DNA of 64,000 bases from Eledone cirrhosa. Taxonomy: Eukaryota. The notes under the pieces were generated by a model. The model saw only the letters and a program-made list of their open reading frames with translations. It had not been told where the DNA came from and made no database searches. The position numbers and the translations under genes were made by a program. Shown piece after piece: positions 1 through 12,380 of this stretch. Location: the NCBI GenBank assembly GCA_964016885.1, contig OZ024742.1, forward strand, positions 120,342,001 through 120,406,000, read 5' to 3'. How positions within the stretch are numbered: the first letter of the stretch is position 1; every line of letters begins with the position of its first letter.

Positions 1-480
1 TTTTTCTCCATGCACAGTAAGGTACAACAATTACATCTCCTGAGGTTCAACCTCTTCAGATCAGTTGTCATAACTCCATTCCATGTCTTCTTTGGCCTCC
101 CTTTTCCAAAGGTTCCATCCACTTGGAGTACTTGGCACTCTTTAATAATCTGTCATCCTCACATGCATCACATTCCCATATCAGTGTAGTCCTTTCTTAT
201 GCAAATGCAAATTAAACCCAATTCCTCTCATAACCAGTTTTACTTTCAGCTTTCCAACCTTTGCAAATCATTTACATTGAAGACTCATGTTTTCTTATTA
301 TGCAGCATCAAACTTCATACAATCTGCCCTTCGTTCTGAGAGAGAAACCTTTTCTTGCAAGCAGATATAATAGTTCCCTGAACTTTTTTCTACCCTGTCC
401 TTACTTTCAATGCTTTCAGACACCCATCTTCATTGTTAATTAGGTCTTCTAGGAAACAAAAGCTATGATTTGCTTCTAGT
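1..480 (-). mobile_element. Old degenerate RTE LINE C-terminal fragment
   Basis: The reverse complement of 81-102 reads GRPKKTW, and downstream sequence resembles the KGFSL..KGRLY region of the RTE copies in this window. Many stops. Confidence 0.7.
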
Positions 481-588
481 AAGTATCACAGTAGTGCTCC
501 AAAAAGGAGCAACAAGCATAGTTTGATTGTGCAAAAATCCGCTTTTTTGCTTGATAATTTTCATGTCAAAATACATTTTTTCTGTGGA

Positions 589-2663
589 CATCATCATCAT
601 CATCATCATCATCATCAACGTTTAACGTCCGTGTTCCACGCTTGCATGGGTTTGGACGGGGGTAGTCCCACTTGAGGCAAGAGTGATTGTCTTGCTCGCA
701 TAGGACTGTCTGGCAGGTTTTCTACAGTTGGATGCCCTTCCTAACACCAACCACATTTACAGTGTGGGTCTGGGAGGTTTTTACCGTGTTGCCTACACGG
801 CCACATTACAGCGTGGACTGTGTGTTTTTTTGTCGTGACACCTACACGATCTCACTTGTTTCGGCCTGGATGGCGCGGCACCAACATAACTTTACATAGA
901 ACGGGGTGGTGTGGATGGGGTGGGGGTGGTGGCGGGACGGGGTGTATTTTGCTAGAGATGCCTACTGGCAAGGCGGGTCTTCTCTGTTACTGAGTACCGC
1001 CAAAGGTCTCGGTCCAGTGACATTGTCCTGGAGAGGTGCAAGTGTGTGAGGTCGGAGTTTATCAGCTCATCCCATGTTTTTCTAGGTCTGCCTATTCCAT
1101 GGCTACCGTCTATCTTTATTGCCCTGCACTTTGTTATGCAGCTATCGACTTTCATGCGCATCACGTGTCCATACCAACGCAGCCTTCCCTCGAGCAAACA
1201 ACACCCGATCCCTCTTATCTCCAATTTTTTCCTTAGTTCGTTTATGCCCCGCCGCTCACGCATATTACCGCTACACATCCAGCGGAGCACGCAAGCCCCG
1301 CCCCTCTCCAGTCCGCGCACACCCTCTGCACACAATGCCCAGGTCCCACTACCATGCAACATCGCTGTTCGTATGCAGGCATCGTACAACCTGCCTTTCA
1401 TTTTTAGGGAGAACCCTTTAGCAGCTAATAGTGGTATAAGCTCTCTGAACTTTTTCCAACCAGTTCTGACTCTAGCTACAGTACTTTCAGAGCACCCTCC
1501 CCCACCGCTGATTTTATCGCCCAGGTAACGGAAGCTGTCCACTATTTCTATAGAACCCTCTGCGCAATTGAAAGAGCTAGTATTCTGTGGGCACCCGCTG
1601 CCACTTATTGCACCAGAACACCGGCCACACGCAAAGTCTATGCTCCCAGTTAGCTTACCTGTGATCCCACTACATCCCCTATGCACCCATACCTCGCATT
1701 TAGGACACAAGATGGAGCCCCCACCCACGCCTTTCCTACATACCGAGCACGACCATTTCCCAGAAGGGACCGCCGCCTTGTTTTCCCCCCTACAAACTAG
1801 AACTTTGGTCTTAGCCAGGTTAACCTTAAGTCCTTTTGACTCTAGGCCGTGCCTCCCATGTTTGGAACCTCCCCTCCAGCTCGGTCATTGATTCCGCCAT
1901 GAGCGTCAGGCCGTCTGCGCACAGGAGCCCCCATGGGCAGCCTGTCCTGAACTCCTCTGTTATAGCCTGAAGGGCAATAATAAATAGTAGGGGGCTGAGA
2001 ACAGAGCCCTGATGGACGCCAACTTTTACGCCAAACTCTTCACTATATTCGTTGTCAACTCTAACCTCGCTGACTGTTTCTTTATACATGGCTTGTATAG
2101 CCCTCACAAGCCATTCATCAACGCCTAGTTTTCTAAGAGCCCACCAGATAATGGAGCGGGGGACTCTGTCGAAGGCTTTCTCCAGGTCGACAAAAGCTAA
2201 GTAGAGGGGTTTACCTTTAGCTATGTACTTCTCCTGTAGTTGTCGTACTATGAAAAGAGCGTCTGTGGTGCTTTTGCCTGACACAAACCCGAACTGCATT
2301 TCATCTAGGTCAATTCTCTCTCTGATTAGTTGCGCTACCACTTTCTCCGTGACCTTCATGACCTGGTCGATTAATTTAATGCCTCCATAGTTACTCCCAT
2401 CTAGGGCGTCTCCTTTACCCTTATAACAGTTAACGATGATGCTGCTATGCCAGTCCTTCGGAACAACCCCATTCCGTACGACTTGGTTAACTATGCGGGT
2501 GACCATGGTGTGTCCCACCGTGCCAGATGCCTTCAGCATCTCAGCAACTATTTCCGAAGGCCCAGCCACCTTACCCGTCTTCATATCCCCGATTGCCTTA
2601 CTTATTATACTCCCCTCGACTAACACTGCTGGTGCCTCTATCGGGTCGATATGGGGGAGACTG
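589..2663 (-). mobile_element. 5'-truncated RTE-clade LINE (RT, C-terminus, 3'UTR, (GAT)n tail), A-to-G hypermutated
   Basis: ORFs 1826-2626 (QFGF, FVDLEKAFDRVPR, GVHQGSVLSPLLF) and 952-1728 (CxxC..H..C, RLRWYGHVMRM, GRPRKTW) are joined by one frameshift. The 3'UTR at 617-951 is shared with many other copies. (CAT)n lies at 589-616. Confidence 0.95.
952..2626 (-). pseudogene. RTE reverse transcriptase pseudogene; catalytic YADD reads CADG
   Basis: ORF track translations. Codons at about 1908-1935 read TGG GGG CTC CTG TGC GCA GAC GGC CTG, versus TGG GAA CTC CTG TAT GCA GAT GAC CTC in the copy at about 31680. Confidence 0.92.
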
Positions 2664-3899
2664 TATATATAATTTGAAACTTCTGGATGTGAACTTTCTT
2701 CTCATATACTTTTGATCAAAATCTAACACATATCATGTCAGTTCCCATCAGCCACCCCCAAATTTCCACCCATTTACATTTGTTCCATTTTCGTTTTTGA
2801 CTGCTGAACATTAATGCTAGTACTAGTTCAATGAAACTCAATTTATGTTGAAAATGATAAAGTCTTGAAGAGGACTCCTTTTTGCTTCATTTTGATATAA
2901 AAACTAATGGGGGTAGGTAAGATGATCTTTATGAAATATAAAGGTGAAAATTTTATCAGTAATTTTCACTTAGAAAAGAACATATTTTCTTCAAAATTTT
3001 TATATCATAAGAAAGAAAACTTTCTCGCAAATTCAATATGGCCATTGGTGATACTGACCATGAGAAGACACAAAAGGGCAAAGTTAATAGAAGGGGGAAT
3101 ACCATGGATGCACGTAACTCTATTCCAATGTGGCGATAGTTGAAACGGCACACAAATCTAAGGCTACAAATATCAAGTTTGAGCCAGAATTTCTACAAAC
3201 ATCAAGTTTGAGCCAGAATTTCAAGAAATGGACAAATTAAGTAAATAATTAGTGTATTTTTTCTACGAAAAAATACACTAAAAACCTACAAGTCTTCTAG
3301 AGCCCAAAATTAGTGTACAATCATCATATAGAGAATGATGTTTATTCTCTCTTGCTGCTTTAACATGTGGAGAATAAGGTCAGAATTTCTATTTTTCTTT
3401 TAATAAATATTGGTCAAATTTTGACAATAAAAATATATTGTACAATGAATATTATTTTGTAGATTATTAAAGTCCGGTTTTTTTTTTTTAGTTTGAATAC
3501 TGTCGTGGTTTGTTTACATTTTCTCAAGTACTGTTAATTCAATTTTTTCTATCTTTTCTACTAATGAGTTTGCTTACAGTAATTTATTTTCACATTTTGT
3601 TTGTAACAGGACTGTAAGTAACACTTTTGCTTAACTTTTAAGCCTCTGCAAATGCTGTACTGAATTCGCAACCTAGCATGATATGTAAGTGTCGGATTAT
3701 GGTAAAAAGTATATGAGAAGAAAGTTTACATCCAGAACTTTCAAATGATATAAAATTATCCATTGAAAAAGTGTATTTTGACATGAAAATGATCAAGCAA
3801 ACTGTGCGTGTCACCCCTTCCATGAAGATCTACAGGGATACCTAGTAAAAGAGTAAAAGTTTGATTTAAATATTGTCAAAAATTCATAGTGATACCTAC

Positions 3900-4230
3900 T
3901 TCTAGTGAATCTTCTTACTGTTAACTACTGTACATCTACTGCTGATGAAGTTTATCTTCCTGGTTAGCCTGCTTGTGATCCCACTATATTTCTTGTGTAT
4001 CTATAGTGTACAACAGATATATCATGGATTTTCTACCTATTCCTTTTTACCATACCAAGCATGACCCCATTCTTGACAACAGTAGGATCCTGTCTTCTTC
4101 AATACTAAAAATTTAGCCTTTATTAAGTATATTTTGAGGCCTCTCAATTATAGGTTTTGCTTCCAAGTTTCAAATTTCCCCCCTCTTAATCTTTTGAAAT
4201 GTCTTATGATATATTAGCATTACTATACAT
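3900..4230 (-). mobile_element. Highly degenerate RTE fragment (Zn-finger-like region)
   Basis: Residual similarity to the KGVGRNSI.C..C..W.HK.CSGI.G.L region of the other RTE copies. Confidence 0.5.
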
Positions 4231-4533
4231 AAAAGATATATAAATAAAGTCCAATCAGTGAATATGTTGCTTTTACCTGCCTCAAATTTATGTTCTTGTT
4301 TTATATTTTTACATTAAAAATTTTAGCATTTGATATTTCATTTGTAAGGTTATTTTTCATAGCAAATATCAAACAAAAGTGAACACCTTGTAGAAGAGGC
4401 AAATTATATTGTAGACATACTATACTAGAGTTAAAATAACAAAACAAAACTGTACCTACATTGAAATAAACTGATATTTACCCTGTAGTGTAATAGGTAA
4501 AGTTGTCACTTGATGCAATAGAGACATGGTTAA

Positions 4534-4725
4534 CCCTTTAGCATTTTGTGGTAAAAGCTTCATCTTACATAATTATCTCACATAATATCAACTCTACAAG
4601 ATTTTGATATTATTTATTTTGAGAGCAATACCTTAATGTCAGTATGAGCAGCCAGTTATGGCTAGTTTGAACAAAAAGAGGTGAGAGAATTCTGGCCGGA
4701 TATGACCGGTTTAAATGCTAAAGGG
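4534..4725. mobile_element. piggyBac-type MITE
   Basis: TTAA|CCCTTTAGCATT ... AATGCTAAAGGG|TTAA ends. The internal sequence is shared with copies at 56026 and 61469. Confidence 0.85.
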
Positions 4726-5679
4726 TTAAACTCATGACAATGGATCTTCTCTGTTACAACCATCAATTTATTTTTAATTCTGACATAGACCATATCTACA
4801 GCTTCATAACTATTCAATTATTACATTCTAAAATATACAAATATTCATTAATATGCAAATGCTAGAGAATAAAAGTAAGAGTCCAGCAAGTTGATGTGAC
4901 CCAGCCACAATTCCTGTTGCTAGCCATTTCAATATATTTACACCAATAATATTCCTGGAAGATGTATGAACACAAACATATATTTACACCAATAATATTC
5001 CTGAGAGATGTATGAACATCACAACTTACTCAGCTTTATCTAAAATGTTTATGCCTATGAAAGAAATCAATATTCTCTCCCAGACAGAAGTATAACTTGG
5101 AAAGTGTAATGGTCTATTGAAATGATTTGCAAACTGAATGTTGAGCATATCAGATTGCAAGTTCACATAGTAATATAGACTGTATAATGCATTTGTATAA
5201 AGCACTTTCAATTCTCAATTTACTTTACCTATCTGGAAACAGGTATATATGTCTATTTGAAAATTTTCAACCAAAGATATTGAAGGAAAATTAGAAGACT
5301 TCTGTAATATAAAATAAAAATAAGTTTAAGAGCTATTATGGTTTGTGAATGAACTTGATAAATGTTTAAAGCAAACCCATTTGTTATAAAATAAAAATGA
5401 ATATTAATATTGGAAAGTTTATAGAGATTAGATATTATTGAGGGGCAAATAGTCTTCATTTATTAGATTTAAAGAAAAATATACCATTGAAATAAGTGTA
5501 GAATTAACTTTAATATGAAATTAAATACATTCAGATGTAGGAATAAATAAAGTCTATGGTTTTCTCTTTTAAAATGTATAAAATCAATTCTTAATTAGAT
5601 TTTAATCTCAACCCACTCAGTATTAATTAGAACAGGGTTAAAACATTGTTTACTTGATTTAATTAGAAAACCACTCATA

Positions 5680-8068
5680 CATAGTGCATATGTGTATAGT
5701 GCATAGTGCATATGTATATGCCCTAGCATATAGTGTATGTGTGTGTGAATATATGTACTGGTATATAGTGTATATGTGTGTGAATATATGTACTGATATA
5801 TAGTGTATGTGTGTGAATATATGTACTGGTATATAGTGTATGTGTATGTGTGAATATATGTACTGGTATATAGTGTATGTGAATATATGTACTGGTATAT
5901 AGTGTATGTGAATATATGTACTGGTATATAGTGTATGTGTATGTGAATATATGTACTGGTATATAGTGTATGTGTATGTGAATATATGTACTGGTATATA
6001 GTGTATGTGTGAATATATGTACTGGTATATAGTGTATGTGTATGTGAATATATGTACTGGTATATAGTGTATGTGTGTATGTGAATATATGTACTGGTAC
6101 ATAGTGTATGTGTATGTGAATATATGTACTGGTATATAGTGTATGTGTGAATATATGTACTGGTATATAGTGTATGTGTGTATGTGAATATATATACTGG
6201 TATATAGTGTATGTGTGTATGTGAATATATATACTGGTATATAGTGTATGTGTATGTGAATATATGTACTGGTATATAGTGTATGTGTATGTGAATATAT
6301 GTACTGGTATATAGTGTATGTGTGTATGTGAATATATGTACTGGTATATAGTGTATGTGTGAATATATGTACTGGTATATAGTGTATGTGTGAATGTATG
6401 TACTGGTATATAGTGTATGTATATGTGAATATATGTACTGGTATATAGTGTATGTGTATGTGAATATATGTACTGGTATATAGTGTATGTGAATATATGT
6501 ACTGGTATATAGTGTATGTGTGAATATATGTACTGGTATATAGTTATGTCAATATATGTACTGGTATATAGTGTATGTGAATATATGTACTGGTATATAG
6601 TGTATGTGAATATATGTACTGGTATATAGTGTATGTGTATGTGAATATATGTACTGGTATATAGTGTATGTGTATGTGAATATATGTACTGGTATATAGT
6701 GTATGTGTGAATATATGTACTGGTATATAGTGTATGTGTATGTGAATATATGTACTGGTATATAGTGTATGTGTGTATGTGAATATATGTACTGGTACAT
6801 AGTGTATGTGTATGTGAATATATGTACTGGTATATAGTGTATGTGTGAATATATGTACTGGTATATAGTGTATGTGTGTATGTGAATATATATACTGGTA
6901 TATAGTGTATGTGTGTATGTGAATATATATACTGGTATATAGTGTATGTGTTTGTGAATATATGTACTGGTATATAGTGTATGTGTATGTGAATATATGT
7001 ACTGGTATATAGTGTATGTGTGTATGTGAATATATGTACTGGTATATAGTGTATGTGTGAATATATGTACTGGTATATAGTGTATGTGTGAATGTATGTA
7101 CTGGTATATAGTGTATGTATATGTGAATATATGTACTGGTATATAGTGTATGTGTATGTGAATATATGTACTGGTATATAGTGTATGTGAATATATGTAC
7201 TGGTATATAGTGTATGTGTGAATATATGTACTGGTATATAGTGTATGTGTATGTGAATATATGTACTGGTATATAGTGTATGTGTGTATGTGAATATATG
7301 TACTGGTGTGTATGTGTATGTGAATATATGTACTGGTATATAGTGTATGTGTATGTGAATATATGTACTGGTATATAGTGTATGTGTGTGTGAATATATG
7401 TACTGGTATATAGTGTATGTGTGTGTGTGAATATATGTACTGGTATATAGTGTATGTGTGTGTGTGAATATATGTACTGGTATATAGTGCATGTGTATGT
7501 GAATATATGTACTGGTATATAGTGTATGTGTATGTGTGAATATATGTACTGGTATATAGTGTATGTGTGAATATATGTACTAGTGTATGTGTATGTGAAT
7601 ATATGTACTGGTATATAGTGTATGTGTATGTGAATATATGTACTGGTATATAGTGTATGTGTATGTGAATATATGTACTGGTATATAGTGTATGTGTGAA
7701 TATATGTACTGGTATATAGTGTATGTGTGTATGTGAATATATGTACTGGTGTGTATGTGTATGTGAATATATGTACTGGTATATAGTGTATGTGTGTGTG
7801 AATATATGTACTGGTATATAGTGTATGTGTATGTGAATATATGTACTGGTATATAGTGTATGTGTGTGTGAATATATGTACTGGTATATAGTGTATGTGT
7901 GTGTGAATATATGTACTGGTATATAGTGTATGTGTGTGTGAATATATGTACTGGTATATAGTGTATGTGTATGTGAATATATGTACTGGTATATAGTGTA
8001 TGTGAATATATGTACTGGTATATAGTGCATGTGTATGGATATATGTACACTTGTCCTGGCATATAGTG
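5680..8068. repeat. 2.3-kb minisatellite: core GAATATATGTACTGGTATATAG plus a variable (TG/TA)n linker, units about 28-38 bp
   Basis: Directly visible tandem array of roughly 70 units. It generates the spurious 589/548/185/147-aa H/T/Y/I-rich ORFs on the minus strand. Confidence 0.98.
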
Positions 8069-9003
8069 CATCATCATCATCATCATCATCACCACCATCA
8101 TCACCATCGTCGTCATCATCATTATTATTATCCCCATTCAACCTCCATTTTTCCACACTAGCATGGGTTAGATGAATTGTCCCATTGTGAGACAAGTCAG
8201 ATCAGATGACCATGTCTAGCTCACACAGAACTGTTCTTGGCTTCGTTTCTATGGTCGGATGTCCTTCCTAACGCCAACCACATGTATAGTGTGGACTGGG
8301 TGCTTTTAATTGTGGCAGCAAGATGACCACTTTATAGTGTGGACTGGGCACTTTGTGTGACACCAACACGACAACCACTTTACTGTATGGACAGGACGCT
8401 TTTTGTTGTGTCACCAACCTAACCACTTTACAATGTGAACTGGGGACTGGGGGAGAGGAAGGTGTGTATGTGTTGGATGGGGATTGGAGAGGTAGGTCTA
8501 TGGTAGGACAATTAGATGGTGATGGGTGAAGTGTTAGGACATAAGTGAAGAGTGGAGTGTTAGGATGTGGGTGAGGGATGGGGGTGTTAGGACGTGGGAG
8601 GTGCATGGAAGGGGAAGGAGAGTGGTGCATAGTAGAGACCACTAGATGTATACTTCAACCCATGCACATGGGAAGGCGGGTCTTCTGCAGTATTGCATAA
8701 CACCAGAGATTTCGATCTTATGTCATCACCTTTGAAAGGTGCAATTGTGCAAGGTAACTTTTAATCACCTCATCCTAAGTCTTCTTAGGTTTTCCTCTTC
8801 CATAGCCTCCATTAACTTTGAGTGCCCTGCACCTTTTTATACTACTGTCATCCTTCATACGCATCACATGTCCACACCAATGCATTCTCTTCTCCTGCAC
8901 ACTGCATCTGATCCCTCTTATGCCCAATTTCTCTCTCAGTTCATTTACGCTTTGCCCTTCATGTATATTACTTGCAGCATTGCTGTTCACACACATGCAT
9001 CAT
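8069..9003 (-). mobile_element. RTE 3' fragment (C-terminal coding region, 3'UTR, GAT/GGT tail)
   Basis: ORF 8775-8996 reads NELREKLGIRGIRC..WCGHVMRMKDD..GRGKPKKT. The shared 3'UTR motifs and a (CAT)n tail are present. Confidence 0.88.
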
Positions 9004-9039
9004 CCAATCTACCCCTCATTGGCATAATGGATACACATT

Positions 9040-9890
9040 TATTGACACAGGCTGTGCTAAACATGTGTGGAGGTGAAACCAGTAGGATGAGAGTTGGTCA
9101 TGGTGATGAATGTGAAGTCTTCAGTCTACTTCTGCTTATCATTTTTCTTCAGGCCATGACAAAGTAGTTTGGGACTGGCACTTTATGGGAGCTCCTGTGT
9201 GCAGATGATCTGGATCTGTGGAGGGGTAGAAGGCAAAATTCTAGACATGGGGGAGGTCTAAAATTGAGGAGCATGAAAGTAAGCTTGGTGAAAACTAAGG
9301 TTGGAAGAGGTTTAGAGAGCTTGCACCTCTGCATTTCTCTCTTGGAATAAGTGGTAGGCTGTGTGATGCCTGCATACAAGTGCTAGTGTATGGCAGTGAG
9401 ACACGGATTTTGCCTGTGGAGAACCTGGGAGGGGGACTGGAAAAAAGTGAGGCAAATATGCTTCTCGACCAAGTCAAAAACCAACAGCTTCTCTAGAGCT
9501 GGTACCAGGATGGGATGCATTCAGTACACTCTGAAGGGGAGCTGGTGTTGCACAGGGCTTTTAGCAGTAGAAACCATGCCAAAAAAAGGGTTGTGAGGAC
9601 CCTCTAGTGCTGGTACCACAAAAATTGCACTCAGTACACCCTGTACGGTGGCTGGTCATAGGAAGGGCATCCAGCTGTAGAAACTGTGCCAAACATGGGT
9701 CAAAAGGACTCTTCAGTTGTGTCAAAACCATGACACACGTAAAACTTTGTAAAATGAAGGAACGTATGTATGTGAGACATGGCTCCAAGTCCACCCAGTC
9801 AGTGGCTGCAATGAAGTGCCGGCTTATTATGTAAGAACCCATCCAACCCTTGTTAGCAGAGAAAACATGTTAAATGGTGATAATGATTAC
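9040..9890 (+). mobile_element. Degenerate, internally deleted RTE, head-to-head with the previous copy
   Basis: TGGGAGCTCCTGTGTGCAGATGATCTG (WELLxADDL), GRLCDAC/YGSET remnants, the GGAAGGGCATCCAGCTGTAGAAA UTR motif and a GAT-like tail. Confidence 0.75.
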
Positions 9891-11239
9891 ATTAAAAGAA
9901 ATATGTGTGAGCACACAAACACTAACTGCCATTCCATAGCCACCTTTCAATGTTTGACCAATTTGCTTTACTATAATATGTTTGGGATGTTCAGATAACA
10001 TTCTGATATTTTATTGATCCCTACATGAAAACCAGAAATGTTAACATATATCAACAACATTCTTGTAATGGATCTGTTTAGATTTAGTGAGCCTAATGCA
10101 ATTGGAATTTTGACATTCTAACTTAACTGACAACAAATATCCAATTTTTGCATAATATTCTAATTTTCTGAGACACACCTGTATATTTCAATTAATTGTG
10201 CAAGTAATATTATTGTTATTTCTATTATATATTTATAATAATCAATAATGAAAGAGATGTCATGCAGAGGTTTTTTTTGTTGTTGTTTTTGTTTTATTTT
10301 GCCTTTATTCTTGAAGCATAATTATTCTGATTAAATTGTAAGATCGAAGACTAAAATTAATATTCAGAAAAATAAATAAAATTTCAGTTATACGCAATAG
10401 GAATGGCTAACAAGAGAAAGCACAAGAAAGGAAATTTTGAAGTTGAACATTAAAAGGAAATGTTTGTTGTAAAAAAGAAAATGCAAATATCTAGTAGTAA
10501 AAATATAGTTTTGTTTTTAAAACATATAAAGAGAGTGTACTGACAGTCACAACACTTAATTTGGTATTCAGTAGAAGATTAAACTAACTGAATGCTTCAT
10601 CAATTTTTTTTTTAAATTAAAATCCATTAGTCATTTGAGTAAATATTTGACCAGTGTTGTTCAGATATTCAGATTCTGCTGTTTTAACTCTGTTTTACCT
10701 TTAAGCAAAATTTCTAACTCTAGTTGCCTCAAGTAACCTAAATGAAATAAGGTGACAATATACTCAGATTTAAGTTATTTGATTTCATCTTTCTACAGTC
10801 AGAGTTTAAATTCCAACTAGATTAACTTCACTTCTAAAGTATATGAAATAAGTATCAGTCAGGTACTGAGATTGATTTGGTCAACTACATATTTGATAGT
10901 GGTGCCCCGGAACAGCCCTAATATAATGAACGAAAGCAGTAAAGACTAATTCCTTTATCAGGATACTATTCCTTTTACCTTTTATGTATCACTTTAGCAC
11001 AGAGTTTGCGAGTATGATGAAGCTTAGTTCAGAGAAAGCACTTCTAAATAGGAGGCTAGTTTATTCCAGGTTTTGCCTAGAGGCTAAACGGAGGTCACTC
11101 CTAGCAGACACAAAGTGACTCCTTTACCACTACTGACTGTGGGGAATTGTACCTCTCAACAATAACTAATTACAACTTGAGGAAATAGGCATTTAAGTTG
11201 AATATGTCTTGGCCAAGGACATGGTGTAATACCATTAAT

Positions 11240-11460
11240 GGCATACGAATGGTCAGCCTATTAGCTAGAAGACATGCAACATATTGATTTTGCCTCTGAC
11301 ATAATTCATGGGCATACAAATAGAAAAGCTATTAGCCAGAAGGTACACATCATATTGACTTAACCAATTGTGTCTTAGCTTGTGAGCATGCAAATAGCCA
11401 GCTTATTAGCCAGAAGACACACCATATTGATTTGACTAGCTATGATGTTGTTCATGCAAA
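11240..11460. repeat. Degenerate tandem repeat of about 72 bp, 3 copies
   Basis: Recurrent GCATACAAAT..TATTAGCCAGAAGAC..CATATTGATT motif. Confidence 0.75.
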
Positions 11461-12221
11461 TATCAAAATTTGTAGAACCATCTATTTATCATAAGTAAAA
11501 TAATCCTGAAAATTATTATTATTATTTACTTATTCTGCATCGATTTATATATTTCTTATATACAAAGTTGGTTAGTTGAATAATTACTTAGTAATTGTGA
11601 TTCAGAAAACAATGCCATGGCAATAGTCAATTGATAATGATCTACAGAACTTAATATGTTAAATATCTTGGAGACAATAGTGCTTTATTATCATTTAGAT
11701 TAACTTTCAAGTCATGGCTTACCTATCTATATTTGATTTACAGTTCTAATGTTTAGAACAGAGAAAATGTGATCTTGGTATTTGATATTTACAGCTCTAA
11801 GTTTCTCTGGTGATGTAAACAGTATTATAGTGTCTGTGAGTTCTGAATTCAAAGCATTCAATAGCCATTATGTTATACATTTATGAAAGTCAAGTAATTC
11901 AGGATCCCTCTGTCAGCTAGGCTGACAATGGATTCCACTCTCATTTCATAGTTGAATAGTTAGTTTATCAGTAACTAGAATGCCAGACAATAGTAAAAAC
12001 AAATCACTTCAATTTCTATATGCAAATGTCCGAGTTAAAAAAGGCATCCCACCCACACAGTCATGGAAAATTGGTGGAAAAACAAATGAATATATGTTTG
12101 AAATATTCTGAGACAAAGCTTCAATGTTATATAAAATTGGCTGTTGACTCAGCACAACTCAATTATGATAGATATAATAAATACAACTTTGTTACATCTC
12201 TAGAGTCACTTCAATATATGT

Positions 12222-12375
12222 TTGTTATTTTGCAGCATAGAGTTGAGGCCCTTTACGTTCTGAGTTCAAATTTACCGAGATTAACTTTGCCTCTCATCCT
12301 GACGGGGTCAATAAAATAAAGTACCAGTAATGCACTGGGGTAATTGCTGGCCTTGTGCCCAAAGCAGAAACATTT
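12222..12375 (+). mobile_element. tRNA-derived SINE (short variant, 5'-truncated)
   Basis: Box B-like GAGTTCAAAT, core TTTGCCTyTCATCC..GGGGTCrATAAAATAAAGTACCAG, 3' end GGCCTTGTGCC.AAA..AGAAAC. Confidence 0.85.
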
Positions 12376-12380
12376 TTATA

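Noticed and set aside
1046-1891. Plus-strand ORFs over the RTE (also 31408-32028 and 49853-50248 antisense to other TEs)
   Set aside because: Antisense shadow frames of TE coding sequence.
5031-5233. Minus-strand exon with tttccag and gtaagt boundaries
   Set aside because: All three phases hit stops immediately, and the LYKCIIQSILL stretch looks like decayed LINE sequence. A non-coding exon is not excluded.
5659-8195. Long ORFs (589, 548, 185, 147 aa) and a superficially CRISPR-like repeat/spacer pattern
   Set aside because: The ORFs are H/T/Y/I translations of a stop-free minisatellite. The spacers are only (TG/TA)n length variants rather than unique sequences, there are no cas genes, and the context is eukaryotic.
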